A stretch of DNA of 63,356 bases, filler included, from Rozella allomycis CSF55 (Eukaryota): NCBI GenBank assembly GCA_000442015.1. It is 14 parts of 14 records of this genome, joined end to end, with 100 filler letters (N's around TTAATTAATTAA, not from the genome) between each part and the next. Parts side by side here need not be neighbours in the genome. Positions count along the whole stretch, not along the records: positions 38,272 to 44,449 come from KE560877.1; positions 44,550 to 46,852 come from KE560879.1; positions 46,953 to 49,414 come from KE560880.1; positions 49,515 to 51,155 come from KE560882.1; positions 51,256 to 54,286 come from KE560883.1; 9 more parts are not named here. One strand, 5' to 3'. The notes under the pieces were generated by a model. The model searched no databases. It was not told where the DNA came from and was given only the letters and a program-made list of their open reading frames with translations. A program made the translations under genes and the position numbers. This document shows positions 38,272-52,065 of this stretch, one piece after another (within the stretch, counting starts at the first letter, position 1; every line of letters starts with the position of its first letter).

Positions 38272-39470
38272 TGGGGATGCCATTATCTTCGCCCATGTCA
38301 AGGACTTCGAAGCGATGCTTGATTCTCTTTTCTCCGTGGCAAACATCCACTTCTTCCGTGATTCCTTTCCTTGGCGTGGTTGATGATCCTTCAGCCAAAT
38401 GTAATACCCCTTTCACTGGACTCACCTTGATTGAAAGTTCTTGAACCATGACTGGAGAAATGAAAGAGTGCGTACTCATGGAGTCTATTCCCGCACGAGC
38501 ATTTACTCCATTGACTGATATGGCTGTGGACAAAAACTTGACAGGATTCAAGTTTTTAACCATGTTGAATTGGATTGTTCCTGGTACAATGATCTCGTCT
38601 TCTTCCAAGAGTTCTTCAGGGAATTCTTCACGGAGATCTATTCTCCTGTTATGAACATTAGATGCAGATTCTTTGTTCTTCTTCCTCTTCTCACAAACCT
38701 CGTTGTGACCTTTCTCGTAAGGTTGTGCACACTTATCACAAAGCTTCTTGATGAAAACCTTTCTTGCCTCTTTCTTCTCCGCCTTTTGTCCCGAGTTATC
38801 TCCTGCTCCACTCTTGCGAGCTCTGCAATCCTCGGTGTTGTGTCTCACTCTTGGATTATTCTTATGGTACTCGCAATAATAAGAGGTTGTCACGTTCGTT
38901 TTAGCAGGACTGCCAGGAGCTTCCTTTAGAGTCTCTACTCTTCTCTTTGACGGAGATCTGCTAGCATAAGCAACCGACATGTCATTAGGAATTCCGGGGA
39001 ATTCCTTGACGGCTTGCATCAGACTCAAGATGGTTGGAAATTCGCTCACTGGCTTATTATTGAGCACTCGCTTCACAGAATCCGGAAGCTTTGAGAAAAG
39101 GAGTTCTTTCAAGAGATGATGCTGTGGATCTGGAACAGTAAAGGCGATATTGTTCTCCGTCAAGAGGTCTTGAAATCTGCCTATGAATTCTGGAACAGTC
39201 TCCCCATGATAGTACTGTATTTTGAATATCTTTGAATATTTTTCCGATTTCCAGTAAGGAGAGAGAAATTCCTTCAATAAGTCATTCTTCAAGATATCCC
39301 AGGTACAAGAAGGGTTCAACTCGTTATGTCTTGTCAACCATTGAGCAACTGATTCGTTATTATGGGCAAAGAGTCTCAACAAATGCTTGGTTTGCTCTGT
39401 GGATAGGTTATTATCTTTGTATATTCTCTCGAACCTTTGAAGGTACTCCTCAATATTATTGAGATCTGAC
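38272..39470 (-). mobile_element. Gypsy-like gag-protease (paralog fragment at 37777-38078 on +)
   Basis: QYYHGETVPEFIGRF gag motif, CEYH....RHNTEDC and CDKC...GH..VC knuckles, VNGVNARAGIDSMSTHSFI protease. Confidence 0.8.
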
Positions 39471-39651
39471 NTAATCTCTTATCTGATGATCTCAAGGTTA
39501 CTTCCTTATGCAATGGTTGACTCATTACACTTAGTTGTCAAATCGATATCGGATGATCCACAGTTTATCATATGCTAGACAATTGGACCCTTTGAAGTGA
39601 AAATTTGTTTCAATTGTCTTTATTGGAAAAGCAGTTGTAGACTAAATAAAT

Positions 39652-41205
39652 TTATTCGTGGAATCCGCTCAATGTGCTCATTTTGAAATCCAAAAAGTTT
39701 CGCAACGCTTTAATCGTAGGTTCTGTATCAGGAAATGATATTTTGAATCTCTTTAGCGTTTCTTTCGCTATTTCAAATAATTCAATGTCAATGACATCTT
39801 GGTGGATCAAAATTCCTTGATATCGCCAAATTAAAATTTGTGGATCATATTTAGGATAAACCAAGTCCAAACTTTCGACTAATTTTTTATAACAAGACAT
39901 GTCTGAAATGTGTGAACAAAGATATTCTATCAAGATGTGATGTGAAGGATACAAAATTGAGAATATTTCATCATCTCTCACTCCAGCCGATATCAATCCT
40001 TCAAAATAAGCTTCTTTTTCTAATTGGTAAGATTTTGAAAGAAATCTTTTGCATTCTTTGCATTGAATACCTAAAACTGGACCGTTGCATGATGGGCACT
40101 TGAAAAACTTTCTTGGATCGTTCTCTTCATACAAACAAGTCTGGCAACTACAATTAAAATAAAATTCTGTTTTTAATTTGCTTTTAGCTAAATCTCTGGG
40201 GTGTAGATGGTCAACATAACTAAAACATATCTATCTTAACTAAATGTGTAGAATTACCTCTTCCCCTGGATTTATTTTCTTTATAGATCGAACATAAAGA
40301 GTTCGTTTCTGGAAACTTACAACAACATTGGGATCACAGTTATGATTAATGAATGAATAAGCAGCAAAAATTCCAAACCCCATAGAATTCATTCCCCTGA
40401 TACATGTAGCATTTGATTGTATCTAATAAAAAATTATAGAATTAAAATACTCTTGATATTAAATGCAAAAGTTCATTTGTGTTCTGAATCATCATTCGCT
40501 CACCGACGAGTTTCTTTAAAAGGAAACAAATGCCAACTATTGATTCACCTCTAGATTTTAACGTTTCTTCTTTATCTTTTGTTCGTTATTATTATTTAAT
40601 TTACTTGAAATGAGATATCTTAATATTTTCATCATTTCATGGTTTCTATATCTTTTCCTTAGTAAACGTGCCATCAAACGAATAAATTCCGTGTTCTTCT
40701 GTTCAGGATCTTTTAAAATCGATTCACACTCTAGTTTATGATCAGCCCAATCTTCTCTTTGGCATTCAACTGAACAATAACGACAAAACTTGCACTTTGA
40801 ACAAGCCAACAAGTTATCTGTTGAAGAACTGAAGCAATAATGGCAGGCGTTAAAATTATTCTGCTTTTTCACTAATGCAACCATTGGTTCCTCTTTTAAA
40901 ATTGTCGTGCCAGGCTCAATAACTTCTTGACATATTACTCCCCTGCCCTTGCCTTTAACAAACTCTATGCGACATTTAAAAAACAGTTCTTGAAGTGAAT
41001 CAGGTATTTGACTTTCAAGTTTTTTCTCATTTTGCTCTTCAGAACTGCCTGCTTGTACATTTTCACTTTCATCGTCGTTTGACAAAAGGTTAAGATGGTT
41101 CAGAGTATCACAACTTATGAAAGATGATTCACAGTTGTCTTCATCGTTATCACCTACTTTCCAGTTTTTACGAACTGAAGTCGTCTTGACCATGGTCCAA
41201 GCCAC
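39652..41205 (-). CDS. SMYD-type SET/MYND lysine methyltransferase, multi-exon; start uncertain
   Basis: GKGRGV...I.PG..IL.EEP, MYND CHYC..CSKCKFCRYCSVECQREDW..HK.EC, FINHNCDPN, I.PGEE, SYVD and FYFNCSCQTC post-SET. Confidence 0.88.
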
Positions 41206-41322
41206 ACACTCTGGGCTTAACTTGAAGTACCTAAATAGATCCTATACTTTTATTCTATGCCCCGAAAATCCGGCTGTGTAGGTATCTGAAATTTGAAAAA
41301 AGGTGAAATTGTAAACAAAACA

Positions 41323-44300
41323 ATGCATCGATTATTTCTTCTTTGCATTGTAGTTCTCTTGTTAGCGACAGAAACTAATTCCAGTTGTGTAAATGTGATA
41401 AATTCATATTCTACTACAATGTCACCAAATAACTGGGGAGGCACCGAAACTGCACTGAACAATTTACAGGCAAGCATATCAAGTGGAAGTCTATATATCT
41501 ATCCAAACTCAGGCTCCTATGAAGTACGCTTCTCGTCTACAGGATGTGTTGATCTTTCTAGCTACTCTCATCTGCAAGTTGATATCCAGCTTCCATTCCC
41601 TAGTAGCTCAATCCAAATTACGTTGAATACTAAGAGTGCAGGATGTGGGGCGACTGACTATACTTACTCAATATCAACAATGTCATACACCAATATGATG
41701 ATATCAAATCAATTCCAAACTCTAAACATCCCGCTGACTGCCTTTAGTTCAACACCGATCACAAGCGCCTACAAATTAACGTTCAAAATGTTTAATCCTT
41801 TCAATAGTTACTACTATATAAAAAATCTACAAATGTATTCTTCAACATTGTCATGTGGTACGACCACCGGAACATCAAGGACAGTAAGGAAACAAACTCA
41901 TAGAAATAGACGACCAAATCTGCGACAAGCACTACAAGCCTTTCAACAACACCATTTGTAAAAGAGAAATTTATAAGCTAACTAGATCTCCTCCAAGACA
42001 ACAAGTACAACAACAATAGGTCAACCCACCACAACTACACCAAAAACAATAACCACAACACTTCAAACAACTACGAGTACTCCAATGATTGTTACCACGT
42101 NCTGTGTAAATGTGATAAATTCATATTCTACCACAATGTCACCAAATAACTGGGGAGGCACTGAAACTGCACTGAACAATTTACAGGCAAGCATATCAAG
42201 TGGAAGTCTATATATCTATCCTAGCACAGGTTCCTATGATGTACGTTTCTCGTCTACAGGATGTGTTGATCTTTCTAGCTATTCTCATCTGCAAGTAGAT
42301 ATCCAGCTTCCATTCCCTAGTAGCTCAATCCAAATAACGTTGAATGCGAAGAGCGCAGGATGTGGAGCGACTGACTATACCTATTCAATTTCAACAATGT
42401 CATACACCAATATGATGATATCGAATCAATTTCAAACTCTAAACATCCCGCTAACTGCATTTAGTCAAACACCGATCACAAGCGCCTACAAATTAACGTT
42501 CAAAATGTTTAATCCGTTCAATAGCTACTACTATATAAGAAATCTTCAAATGTATTCTGCAACATTGTCATGTGGCACGACCTCCAGAACATCAACGACA
42601 GTAAAGAAACAAATTCAAAAAAATAGACGACAATATCTGCGACAACTACAACAAGTCTTTCAACAACAGCAATTGTAAAAATTGAATATTTAGGCTAAAT
42701 AGACCACTTCAAAAACCACTACAACTACTCAAAATTCGGGACAAACTACCACAACAACTACCACAAAAACTACGACAACTAATCAATCAACGACTATTTC
42801 AACAAGTATTACTACTTTGCCATCTACCTCAACAGTTCAAACGACAACATCAAATATCCTTACCTCATCGTCTACGACTACAACCACAACGAGTCGATCA
42901 ACAACTACAACATCGATCATTCCTACTTCAACTACTCAAACTACAACAAATTTTCAGTCATCAAGCACTTCAACCATTGTACCTACTTCTACGGTTAAAG
43001 TAACAACAAGTACAACTTCGACGACTCAATCGACAAGTACTGCCCCTAATGCTCCTAATTCATCTATTTCAACAACTACAAGTCTTAAATCAACAAGTAT
43101 GTCTACAAAGTATCTGTTTTGATAGTTCAGTCAACATCTAGTTCAACATTGATTGTTCAAACAACCACAACTTTGACGTCAACGAGTACAACATGGATTA
43201 TTCCTACATCTTCTGTTCAAACATCGACATTGACAACTACTACATTGATGTTTCAAACAACCACAACTTTACTATCAACGAGTACAGTACCCAATGTTCC
43301 TAGCTCATCCTCGCTAACTTCTACGAATAATCCATCAACTACAACAACATCAATTTCTCCTACTACATCAGTTCAAACTACAACAAGTTTTCGATCAACG
43401 AGTACGTCAACCATGATTACTACGCCAATGATTGAAGCAACAACAAGTACAACTTCAAAATTGATTCCACAAACAACTACTTTGCTTACTGGTACCAGCC
43501 TTCCATCAACTACTCCCATGGTTCTTTTATCTTCATCTACAAGTCTTCCATCAACAAGCATGTCAACAATTTTCTCGTTTTCAACAATCCAGTCATCATC
43601 AAGTACAACATTGATACCTCAAACAACAGTATATGTTTCAACAAGTACTACCCCCATTTTTTCCAGTACAACAGCATCAATATCTCTTACTCTATCTTTT
43701 CAATCGACTTCAACAATTCAATTAACGGACACTTCAATATTCGCTCTTACTTCAACGTTTACAGTAGAAACAACTACTCAAACAACCACAACATTTCTGT
43801 CAACGAGCACATCTTCAATTTTTACGTCTAAGTACGTTGAAATAACAATGGGCGTTGAATCAACAAGTTCTTCTACTTTTTCTGTTCAAACATTATCAAG
43901 TCTTCAGTCTACGAGTACGTCTTATGTGGTTCAATCAACAAGTACAACATCTACAGTTCGTACTTCGTCCACAGAATCAATATTGCAAACAATAACATCG
44001 TCAAGCACAACCCCAACTACATCAGATCAAACAATATCAACTTTTGAATCCTTAAGTGCCGCAACTGCGATTTCTCATGGGGAAACAAGTTATATATCAG
44101 GGACTAATACCACGATTTTGTCTAGTTTTGTTTTGAACAGTCAAACAACAGGTTTAACAGCAAGTTTATCCGCTTATTCGATTACTTCAACAGATACGGA
44201 TACGATTTTTCAATCATCAACAAACAGTCGTTATTCAACCTCTACGACTACCATAACGCCAGTCACCCCTACCACTATGGTATTAAGTGAAGCAATTTCT

Positions 44301-44449
44301 ACTTCCAGTAAGGTTCATTAAATTCATATAAAGGTACCGAAAATCTTCTTTCGGATACATTAACAACTTATCACCCAACCACCACAAGTATTATTGTTTC
44401 AAGTTCAGTGAATTCCGATGAATCAAAAGAATCTTCTCCAACTTTAACA
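41323..44449 (+). CDS. Secreted Ser/Thr-rich mucin-like protein with an N-terminal beta-rich domain; two paralogous n-joined copies
   Basis: Signal peptide MHRLFLLCIVVLLLATETNS; ~160-aa Cys-containing domain at both 41390-41870 and 42102-42590 with many substitutions; >500 aa of S/T-rich stalk. Confidence 0.75.
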
Positions 44450-46639
44450 NNNNNNNNNNNNNNNNNNNNNNNNNNNNNNNNNNNNNNNNNNNNTTAATTA
44501 ATTAANNNNNNNNNNNNNNNNNNNNNNNNNNNNNNNNNNNNNNNNNNNNTTCTGAAGTCCGGGTCGTAAACTCCCCGTCCGATAAATAAATTCTTTAACT
44601 TATTAAAAACTAGGGCCTATCTCTGAGGTTAATTATTTGCAAACATAATATTATTGTGGAAATTGTCATACCTGACCAAATAAGGGTAATACGGACATTA
44701 ATATCCTAATAAGGGTCCTAATATACCACCAGTTATCATTACGATAATTATGACCTGCATCCAGTGAGCAAATAGAGTTTACAATTACACTAAACCTACA
44801 CATAGATCATAATCATGGTTATTGACAATAACATCGAAGTCATAACCCCAATAACGATAATATTAGGTTCTATTAGTGATAAACAACATAGAATTCACAC
44901 TCATTGATGTTGACTCAAGCTGGATCTCTTAGGATCTCTTAATTACTATTAATAGAATACAACCGAGATAAAAGGCTCGGAGATATTATAAATAAACATA
45001 CGGAAAATCCGTTCTCATACGATTTACGTTTTATTCTTAACTAAGTTTCTTTCTATTTCACTCATTTAGATTTATAANGACATAAATCATAATCAAGGTT
45101 ATTGACGATAAATCGAAGTCATAACCCCAATAACGATAATACTAGGTTCTATTAGTGATAAACAACATAGAATTAATACTCATTGATGTTGACTCAAGCT
45201 GGATCTCTTAGGATCTCTTAATTACNGTGTGTGTCTTTGTTTATGAAACGCTCCCGATTCTCCCCAAAATTGGTCTATGAACTCCGAACATCCAATCCAT
45301 TTTTCACCTCGAATACACACTCACTTTAAGGGATTTACATCGTTGACCAGGGAGGTGTGTGTCTTTGTGTATGAAACCATTTTTTGCTCCCGATTCTCCC
45401 AAAATTGGTCTATGAACTCCGAAGTCCGAACATCCAATATAGTAATATACCAAGCTATTTAGTTTCAGCCCCTATAGTAAAGGTAGTTGTTGAGATATAG
45501 GTGGCGGAAGTTTTGGAACGGGTATGTTGGATTTATGGCACATTTGTGTCTATGAATCTTTTTAAAAATAAATTAAAATAAAATATTAAATTGTTGTTTT
45601 ATCTACTTTATTAGCTTTTTCTTAGTTTTGAGGCCCATGGTGTAGATAATATTAAAAACGGAAGTGAAATTGGTGTCAACACGATTTTCAATAATCGTGT
45701 CTGGAGTCCAGGCCGTACCTCCCCGTCCGATAAATTTATTGCCCAATTGAGAAAATGTACTTGTTTCTTTATGATCGACAGCCATTTGGGCAAATCAATC
45801 TGCCTTGTCATTCCAAATACTCTTAGTACCAATTCTTTTTTCCTGTATGCGCCTTTACATGTCATTCTCCCTTTGCCTCTAGTTTCTACCAATTCTTCAA
45901 GCAAATCCTTGTTCAAAACAGTGGTTGAGTTAATTCTTTCCATTTATTTTCTAATTCATTCAACAAGGTTAAACGGATCCAAAAACACAAACTTGACATC
46001 ACTGATAAACAATACTTTTGTCAAAGAGATGATTACAGAGGAAGAGATTGTAAAGTGGATAGTAAGAATAAATTGACTGGTTGATATTAATAGAGAATGA
46101 AGCAGCGAAAGAGGATAACAAGGAAGTTTTTTCTATACTCAAACAGCATGAAGCAAATATCATCGCCAAGATTCAAGAAATTCTGCAGGAATCGAGACAG
46201 TGAAAGACAAAGTCTATATCTGAAATTAGGATGTCAGATTGGAGGAAAATCGCAACCGCTTTGAAGCTGAAGGAGATATATGTTGACGTTGAAGAACCTG
46301 AAGTAGAAGTTAGGATTCCAGGCTATCAATGGACAGAATTGGCTGAGGACTGTCCAAGTCAAGTGGACTTTAGTATTAAATTCCCAAATATACCAAGGGT
46401 ATTCAAAATCTTTCAGGATATGATCCCCATTATTGCAAGATCTAATTCGGTCTATAATATTTTCATTGATCTTAGTTTTTTCAAAAATTTTAACAAATTG
46501 GTTAACCAAAGGCTTTAAAACCCATGGTGAATCTCAAGATTATTAAATATTTCATACTAATAGTACAAAATCTAATAATATGAATGCAATTAATCAAAAT
46601 ATTACTAAAATTATCTCTAGCATTAATACTACAAAGACA

Positions 46640-46850
46640 GTTAATAAAGTTAATAATAATTCTGTTAATAAAGTCAATAATAATTCTGTTAATAAAGATA
46701 ATTCTAACAATCTGAATAAAGATAATTCTAACAATCTTAATAAAGATAAATCTAATAATCTGAATAAAGATAATTCTAACGCTCTTAATAAAGAAAATTC
46801 TAATAATAATTCTAATAAAGATAATAATAAAGATAATACTAATGATAATA
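46640..46850 (+). repeat. Degenerate 24-bp tandem repeat (AATAAAGATAATTCTAACAATCTG-like) encoding an Asn-rich tract
   Basis: Translates as repeated NKDNSNNL / NKVNNNSV units. Confidence 0.8.
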
Positions 46851-46952
46851 ATNNNNNNNNNNNNNNNNNNNNNNNNNNNNNNNNNNNNNNNNNNNNTTAA
46901 TTAATTAANNNNNNNNNNNNNNNNNNNNNNNNNNNNNNNNNNNNNNNNNNNN

Positions 46953-49413
46953 AGCCCGGAGATGTTCTTGCAAGTATAGAAATTTTTCCTATGGAAACCT
47001 TCTATCATTTATATACTATAGCCCAAAATGATAAGAGTAGCAAATTAAACAATGAGAAATTTGATATATCAAATTTGAAGATACAGGACGCGAATTTATC
47101 AAAAAAGGAAAAAGAAAAGTTAACGTCACTATGTGAACGTTACCACCACTTGTTTGTTGTTGACTCGAAGCGCCCACCATCAACGTCTACAGTAGAACAT
47201 AATATTGAACTCACCGAAAAGAAAATAGTAACCCAAGCGCCGTGCAGAGTAAGTCCAGCTGAAAGGGAAGCTATGAAAAAAGAAATTGAAAATATGTTGG
47301 AAAATAATATTATTGTTGAGTCGAAAAGTCCCTTTGCAAGTCCGGTTTTATTAGTTAAAAAGTCGGATGGTACCTTTCGCTTCTGTATTGATTATCGAAA
47401 ATTTAATCAAATTACGAAACGTGACACTTACCCTATTCCAAGAATAGAAGACGCTTTAGCAACACTAGGAACAGGCAAAATATTTTCATCTTTGGATCTA
47501 GCTTCAGGATATTCGCAAATTGAAATGGATAGAACAACTCGAGAATGTGCTGCTTTTATAACTCCCTTTGGACTTTTTCGAACCAGCGCGTATGCCTTTT
47601 GGATTGACAAATGCACCGGCCACGTTTCAACGTCTTATGGATAGTGTTCTTGCAGGTTTAAAATGGCAGTGTTGTTTGGTTTATGTAGATGATATTATAA
47701 TTTTTTCAGAAACCTTTGACCAACATTTGAAAGATTTAGAAGACGTTTTTATTAGATTAGATGAGCATCAATTATCTTTGAAACCAAGCAAGTGTCATTT
47801 TTTTAAGTATCTAGGACATATTGTAAATGCAAATGGAACAAAGCCAGACCCAACTAAAATGGAAGCAATTCAGTTATTCCCTATTCCAAAGGACAAAACA
47901 GGGGTACGATCATTCATCGGTTTAGCTAATTACTATAGTTGCTATATTCCAAAGTTTGCCGCCCTTGCGAAACCACTCTATGATTTGACTCACAACAATT
48001 CTGTTTTGATAGGACTCCGTCTTGTGATAATGCAATGACCGCTATAAAGAAAATTCTTTGCGAAGAAAACCCTTGTTTGTTTCATCCCGATTACTCCAAA
48101 CCGTTTATTTTATCAACAGATGCAAGTGACGAGGGAATTGCTGGTGTACTAAGTCAGGTCTGGATTCTGGAGAAAAGATTATTGCGTGTACTTCTAGAGT
48201 GTTACAACCGTTGGAATTGAAATATTCGACACATGAGAAAGAAGCTTTGGCTGTGGTTTACGCTTGTGAAAAATTCAGAATTTATCTTTTAGGGTCAAAG
48301 TTTGTTCTTTTAACTGACAATGCTGCCGTGAAATGGTTGATTAACTCGACTACAACNCCTCAAGATCCTGCGTTGCATTACCGGAACCTGTTTAATCAAA
48401 GAAAACAAAGTTCGTCTGAAATTGCCAGGGTTTATTGTTTATGTCTGCAAACTATCTTACACTATTTTGATCAAGTTGATGACCCTGAATTAAGTAGGAA
48501 AATTATCACTAGAATCAAGCCCAGAGAAGTTCTTGGAAGTATAGAAATTTTTCCTTTTGAAACCTTCTATCATTCATATACTATAGCCCAAAAAGATAAA
48601 AGTAGCNAAACAAATGGAAACAAGCCCAAAGGTCTGATTCTTATCTATCTTCATTTATTTGTTTTTGGAGAAAGGAATTTTGCCCGAGGATATTAAGTTA
48701 CAGAAGCGTTTTACTAAAAGCCAAAATTATTATGTGATGAATAACGGCTTGCTGTATAAGAAAAACTATAACAAGACTGAATTTGTTACGATCGATACTT
48801 TGTTTGTTGTTCCACGATGTTTAGTAACCAAAGTTATACATGAAAATCATGATATTCCAATAGCAGGTCATTNNNNNNNNNNNNNNNNNNNNNNNNNNNN
48901 NNNNNNNNNNNNNNNNNNNNNNNNNNNNNNNNNNNNNNNNNNNNNNNNNNNNNNNNNNNNNNNNNNNNNNNNNNNNNNNNNNNNNNNNNNNNNNNNNNNN
49001 NNNNNNNNNNNNNNNNNNNNNNNNNNNNNNNNNNNNNNNNNNNNNNNNNNNNNNNNNNNNNNNNNNNNNNNNNNNNNNNNNNNNNNNNNNNNNNNNNNNN
49101 NNNNNNNNNNNNNNNNNNNNNNNNNNNNNNNNNNNNNNTGGGGCGCTATTCTATGCTATCGCCCCTCCCTTTCCCCTTCTCTCTTCTCCCCCCTCTCCCC
49201 TCCTCTTTTACCCTTACGCCGCGCGAGCGAAGGTGATGGCAGGTGTGAACTTGTACCCCCTTAGAAATCCGCNCTACATCAACAGCATACCATCATCAAA
49301 CATTAGGAAGAGTAGAGCGTATCAATAATTTTTTAGCAAATTCTTTATCTATATTTATCAATGAGAGTCACAAAAATTGGGAAATTTATTTACCGATGAT
49401 TGCCCTTGCATAT
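46953..49413 (+). mobile_element. Ty3/gypsy pol (RT-RNase H-integrase), frameshifted and gapped
   Basis: SPFASPVLLVKK.DGT.RFCIDYRK, MPFGLTNAPATFQR, LVYVDDII, TDASD.G, YST.EKEALAVV, HD.PIAGH and QTLGRVERIN. Confidence 0.9.
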
Positions 49414-49514
49414 ANNNNNNNNNNNNNNNNNNNNNNNNNNNNNNNNNNNNNNNNNNNNTTAATTAATTAANNNNNNNNNNNNNNNNNNNNNNNNNNNNNN
49501 NNNNNNNNNNNNNN

Positions 49515-51155
49515 AATGCGTCAGCAAGTATGTTATGTTTCCCTGGAATATACTGGATACTAAAATCAAAGTCGCTGAAAAAGAGAGCCCATCTGCTTTG
49601 CCTTCTGTTATAGTAATCGTGATTTCGTGAAATATTCTAGATTTTTGTGGTCTGTATGTACAATTATCTGATGTTGTGAACCAAGTAGATAGTGTCGCCA
49701 TTCCTCAAAACAATCTCTAATAGCCAAAAGTTCTTTATCATATATTGGATAATTCAATTCAGGAGGTAAAAATTTACGTGAATAATAAGTAATAGGAATG
49801 AAATCATTTGTACTTTTATCATGTTGAAGTAGAACACCGCCGATAGCAAAATCAGATGAATCGCATTGGACAATAAATGGTTCATGCATATTAGCAAAAT
49901 GTAACACTGGTGCCTGTGAGATTTTACTCTTAAGGGATTCAAATGCTTTCTGACAAGTATTTGACCATTTGTATTGCCTGTCTTTTTTCAGTAATTCAGA
50001 GAGAGGACGGATTAATTCTGAGTAGCATGGAATAAATTTTCTATGAAAGTTGGTTACACCGAGAAACCTTTGCAATTGTTTCGTTGTTCGTGGGGGGTTC
50101 CAATTCATTATAGCTGTGGCCTTTGAGCTATCAATACTAATACCGTTTGTTGTAATACGCAATCCAAGAAATTTTATCGATCGCTGTCTTATGAAATTCA
50201 CACTTTTCTAGTTTCGCGTATAATTTGTTCTGCATTAAACGTTCTAAAACTAATGATACATGTTGTTGATGCGCTTCAAGAGATGGTGAGAATATGAGAA
50301 TGTCATCTAGGTAAATAACAATAAAAATATCAAGCATGTCATGGAATATTTCTTGCATCAAATGCTGAAAGACGGCAGGTGCGTTACACAATCCGAAAGG
50401 CATAACTCTGTATTCATAATGACCATATCTGGTTCTGAATGCAGTGTTCCACTGATCACTTTCTTTGACACGTACTAAATTGTAAGCGCCCCTTAAATCA
50501 ATCTTAGTAAAATATTTTGATCCTTGTAGTCTATCTAGAAGTTCAGAAATTAATGGTAAAGGATATCGATTTTTGACAGTAATAGAATTTAATTTTCTGT
50601 AATCAACACATAGTCGTAAACTTCCATCTTTCTTTTTTACAAATCGAATAGGTGATCCGGCTGGTGATTTACTTTTTTGACAGGTTTTCATCAAGGTAAG
50701 TTCTTAGTGCTACTAATTCATCATCGGTCAAATTATATATTGGACCAAAACCTGGTGTCTTATTTGGAAGAAGGTCCATAGAAATATCATATTTACGGTG
50801 TTCAGGCAATACATCGGCCTTTTGTTTACTAAATGCTTCTTTGTATTGCATATACTCGACAGGTAAAGAACAGGTTTCTGGGGTATTTATATAATCAATA
50901 TGTACCAATCCAACTACAGATGCTTCCTCTAGATCAATTTGCGCTTGAGCATTATCCATAGTAGATATAGATAAATTTGTCATATTTGGTTGTTTCAATT
51001 CAATACTTTCAGTCTTTCAATCAATTACTGGATTTAACTCTTTGAGCCAATCAATTCCTAGAATGACATTGTAGTGCGGAATATGAATCACATTGAAAGT
51101 ATGTTGACAGTTATATCCATTTAAGTTCAACGGTACATCTTTGCAATGATTTGTT
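49515..51155 (-). mobile_element. Ty3/gypsy chromovirus-like pol (PR end-RT-RNase H)
   Basis: [69 protein letters not shown] and NYPIYDKELLAI. Confidence 0.92.
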
Positions 51156-51255
51156 NNNNNNNNNNNNNNNNNNNNNNNNNNNNNNNNNNNNNNNNNNNNT
51201 TAATTAATTAANNNNNNNNNNNNNNNNNNNNNNNNNNNNNNNNNNNNNNNNNNNN

Positions 51256-52065
51256 ACGATAAGACTCGATCTCTTGGTTCATTTTTTCATATTCAATTTT
51301 CGCATTTATCATGGCTTGAGAGCTAAAGGTCTTTCCATTATTTTCCACGCATTTATTAAGGATTTCAGAGTACGCTTTAACTGCAAAAGTTCTTCTTGCC
51401 TCTGGAAAAAGTATGTACCCGGATGGTCCAAATGCTACCATATGCCTATAAAACAGATATTTAACAGTCTCCAGGAACTCCTTGGCTTGGGGTGCAACTG
51501 CCATAAATTTTGCCTTTAATTCTTCAATTTTCTTTTGTTCATCTTCTCCCGTCATCATCACAGTATCCGCTTTAGTAAAAACGATAAAACCTTGTTTAAA
51601 ACCTTCCTTGGTAATTAATGATGTAATGAAATTGAATACATTAACAAGTTGGGAATCGCATGCCCTATCCACCGGATATAAGAAAAAGAAAGCATCGATC
51701 CCATCTTTCAACAGTTTCGGCACTTGGTCAGCTATTAAAGTTGCCACCTCATTATTTTTGGCTTCTTTATCCTCAAATCCAGGAGTATCCACAACATGCA
51801 AATTGACACCATCGATTGAACAGTCATAACCTTTACATTCAGTAGTAACGGAATCCATAGAGTTGGATGATTTTGCAACTTCTCTGCTGTCGTTTGGCAC
51901 CAAATCGAACAAGCCATGCAATACATTAACAATAGTCGATTTTCCTGATCCGAAATAGCCAAGCAACAGAACGTTTAGGGGCCTATTACATACTTTCGAT
52001 TCAATAGGTGAAGCATAGAGTAGCTTGGGAAACCAAATAAGTGTGAGCACTGAAAAAAGTTTCAT
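51256..52065 (-). CDS. AIG1/GIMAP-family GTPase with a predicted signal peptide, 3' truncated
   Basis: G1 LLLGYFGSGKST, G2 SVTTEC, G3 VVDTPGF, conserved box DGIDAFFF, G4 VFTKAD; N-terminus MKLFSVLTLIWFPKLLYA-SP. Confidence 0.85.

Noticed and set aside
44550-46520. Short ORFs and local repeats
   Set aside because: No recognisable motifs; most duplications abut n joins; possibly TE non-coding sequence but unsupported
49139-49272. GC-rich island inside gypsy pol
   Set aside because: 134-bp piece bounded by a gap and an n; origin cannot be determined
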